Positions 60,651 to 64,000 of a stretch of DNA of 64,000 nt are shown piece after piece. The stretch is taken from positions 407,092,001-407,156,000 of the forward strand of contig CM097883.1 of the NCBI GenBank assembly GCA_044892505.1. Reading direction: 5' to 3'. This stretch comes from Schmidtea nova. Lineage: Eukaryota. How positions within the stretch are numbered: position 1 is the first letter of the stretch; the number at the start of each line of letters is the position of its first letter. Under the pieces are notes generated by a model, which was not told where the DNA came from, searched no databases, and saw only the letters and a program-made list of their open reading frames with translations. The position numbers and the translations under genes were made by a program.

Positions 60651-63600
60651 TCAACAAGGCCTTTCTTTCGCATCAACAATGTATGATTTCATTTAGGCAA
60701 AAACAAATTGAAATGACTATGACACTTATTTTGGGAAGGAGGGAGAAAAGATAACATATTTTTTAGTGTCAAAAGAATGTTTGTCTGAGTATTTATTTGG
60801 ATATTCTCAGACAACTATTATTATTTTTAAGTTTATATGTTGCATTGCATTTTGGCAATCTGTAATACAGTCTGGCTCGAAGCGTATGATCGTATTTATG
60901 CATTCATTTGACCCAGATTATAGAAAGCAGATAAACTTAAGCTTGCTGGGCCAACCTCCCGAAGAGTACCTGAACAATACAGAATTTGGCATACCCTCTA
61001 TAAAGTTTCCAACAGACCCCTCCTAAATCTCGTTTTTATTTTCCTGTATTGCTACCATTTTTCTATAACTTGTTTGATACGGAATTAACTACATTGTGAA
61101 ATCAAAAATTGCTTTATTTTTCTTTTACCTTAAAAACTTTATTATCATGCGTTTGTTTTACGCAATCACTTTTTAACTTTGAATTGGCTTTCTTTAAATT
61201 GTGATTTGTAGTATTTTTTTGAGTTTTCATTTAAATAAATATTTGAGAACAATGTTGTTTTCTAAAATTTAAATGATAATGAGTTACAAAGTTTATGTAA
61301 ATCATTTTTTAAGTGTGTGTATGTAATTGAACGATAAATTTTCTATGAATCATTCACTTTCATGAATACTTTCAACCTTTAAAAATATTCAATTAATTTT
61401 TTGTTGTATATTTCATCAATAAATTCACTTACAATTTTCACAATATTTCAATGAAAATTTCTATAATTAAATTTCACTTGAATAATTTTACAGATCAAAT
61501 ATTACAACTGATTATTTTTCATCATTAAGAAGTAAATTTTTTCTCCGTAATAATTATTTACAAATATTTTCAATTTTTATGAATATACCACCTATTTGAG
61601 TAATTTACTTATTTTAAATCTTTTAAGAATAATTATTTAAATAAATTTTAAGTAATCTAATAGAAAATATTTTCTCTATTTGTAATTTAAATTTAAAATT
61701 TCATTTAAGTTTTTATTGTCATTTTATCTAATTTATTTACAAATTACTTTATTTTCAGTGTTATCATTCAGTTGGGTATCATTGAAAATTATGATTTAAA
61801 ACCGATTTTTTTTTATTTTTAGGCTGAATTGCATAGTGTGAATCCTTTGAAAAAGTCGTATATTCCATTAAAAAGGGCTAAATCCAATGAAAAGGATTAA
61901 TTCCATTGATAGTGAAGAAAACCTCTGAAAAAAGGTTCAATCCGATCAAAGAGGAAAATTCTATTTAGACTGATGATTTCTAGTCGGAAAATACATCAAA
62001 GGGGGTATTTTTAGAATGAAGTATATTCAGAGAAATTAATTCATACAGAAAAACTTTTGAAGTGAAAAATATCACTTTGATGGGAAACCCATTTAAAGGA
62101 TGAATTTATTAGGGAAATTATCATTCAGATTGGTAATTTCTGTAGTTGGAAATAAATTAAAAGGTTAAATCCGTTCAAAGGAGAATTCCACTGAAATTGA
62201 AATAGAGACAATCCATTGAAAGTGAGGCAAACTATTGAAAGATAGGCGATCCAATGAAAGAGGAATGTATTGTGTTTGCTACGAATTATTCTACATGTAT
62301 CAGTAATTTTATTTAAGTGTTTATTATTGCACCCCCATACGGTTTTTCTTATTGTGACAGAAAGAATTATTGAAATTTGTGATTTAAATTTTAAATTTTA
62401 AGAAGAATAGAATATAAAAATTAAAAACTTGAAATAAGAAAATATACAGTCTAATTAATGTTTTGAAGATTATGCAAAATTTTAGGTTTATTTTCTGTGT
62501 TGTATACTTACGTGAGTAGGTGTTGTTTTTATATTTTTTATATTTTTATATTCTTTTTCGAAAAATAAATGATAAAAAATAATTTATTGAAATGGGTGTG
62601 GTGGCGAACCGGGGATGGTTGTCACAGTCTTTCGAACACACCTGGGATCGATCCCCAATTTGTGAGAGTTTATTTCGGTTTGGTTACGTGCTTTCGGTAA
62701 TGTGCTTAAAACACCGTTGAGCGAGAAGTGATAATAATGCACATTACAAGTATTGAAGAGGTTCTGGTGTATGAGTCTGGCCAGCTTGTATATTGGGATT
62801 AATTCGATACACAAAAGGGGTTAAAATAAAAAAACTAAAAAAACATGTTCCGGAACATAAAAGAAAACAAAAAAAACACTGCCAAGAGGATAGTGGTAAA
62901 AAAACAAAAAACCACTATCCTAAGAGCGGTTTTACTATTTTTTAAATTAAAATTCATAGGCGCATAGGTGCATATTTTTGGTACTCAAACACACCTTCAA
63001 CACATCAACAGAGTTGGGTTTCACCATCTTTAAATTATCTAATCAAAAATGGAAAAAAGTATTGAATTCGCTGTAAAGTATTCAAATACTGATCCCAATA
63101 TATTCAAAAAGAATAGTGAAATAATAAAATTAAATGAATTTATTCAAGAAAAAATGGAAAATCCACATTTAAATGAAAGACAACTTTGTAAAAAGATATA
63201 GAATTTTGTAAAAAAGTACTCTAACAAGATATAGAATGGATACAAATTGTTCAAGTTTTTATAGATATTTTATACCAGCTAAAAAACAGGCTAAACATAT
63301 TCCAACAGAAGAGGAAATTGAAATTAAAAAGAAATAATTAACAAAATGTCCAAAATGTAATCAACAATGTTCATTCAAAGAAAAAAACAGTTGAAGAATT
63401 CTTCTGCGTAATTTACAATCAAAATAAGAATTATTTAGAGAAATCTTAGAGCGAATTCTATACAAGAGGAGAATTCTTATTAAATGACTTATTCTTAGGT
63501 CTAAGTATATTCAAAAAGAGAAATCTAGAGTTGAAAATTACATAAAAATGGCGAAAATAAGACTAATAGGAAATTCATTCAAATAAGGAATTTATGAATG

Positions 63601-64000
63601 AAAATAGCATTCAGATCGAGAATTTCTTAATGATAAAATACATTAAGAGAATTTTTAAAATGAAATCATAAAAGGTAAAATACATTGAAAAGTATGAATT
63701 CAGGTGGAAAATCATAATATATATTCAGATGTAGGAATTCTAAATGGAAAATGAAAAAGTGTACATCCAATGAAAGGAAAATTTTATTGATAATTTCTAA
63801 TAGGAAAATTGTCAGTGAAAAATGACTCAATGCTGAAATATTAATTTAAAGGTTAATGGTGGATTTTTATCGATTATCATTAAAGTAAGGATTTTATGAA
63901 ATTTAGAAACATTTAATTCAGAGAAAATTTCATTACTGTTTTTGTTATTGTTTATTTTTAAAGGTGATAACATCCTATTTATTTGTCAATAGTAACCAGT

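Overview
AT-rich eukaryotic (animal) genomic DNA with four N gaps (16003-16167, 16366-16540, 25683-26032, 37193-37360). The PIWI protein closely resembles my recollection of planarian SMEDWI-2/DjPiwiB, so the source is very probably a triclad flatworm. Positions 1-27.4 kb hold the 3' part of a multi-exon BEACH/WD40 gene on the + strand (LYST orthologue). I traced 23 exons with mostly consistent splice phases, ending at the stop at 27438. A nearly intronless PIWI gene (840 aa once a 10-nt first coding exon missed by the ORF track is added; DEDH tetrad intact) sits antisense inside one LYST intron (3032-8291). Its stop codon is only 57 nt from a LYST exon, so the two transcripts probably overlap. 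Other LYST introns carry a near-intact hATm transposon, mariner, Ginger2-like and Harbinger relics, foldback palindromes and minisatellites. From 27.4 to 64 kb I found no convincing host gene. This stretch is a nested, mostly + oriented transposon graveyard (hAT, piggyBac-like, Ty3/gypsy LTRs, Polinton PolB, LINE, pogo). It includes an unusual poly(A)-tailed element with no RT that encodes a 1086-aa ORF with a duplicated ~120-aa domain I do not recognise. All family assignments come from motif recognition by eye; no database searches were run.
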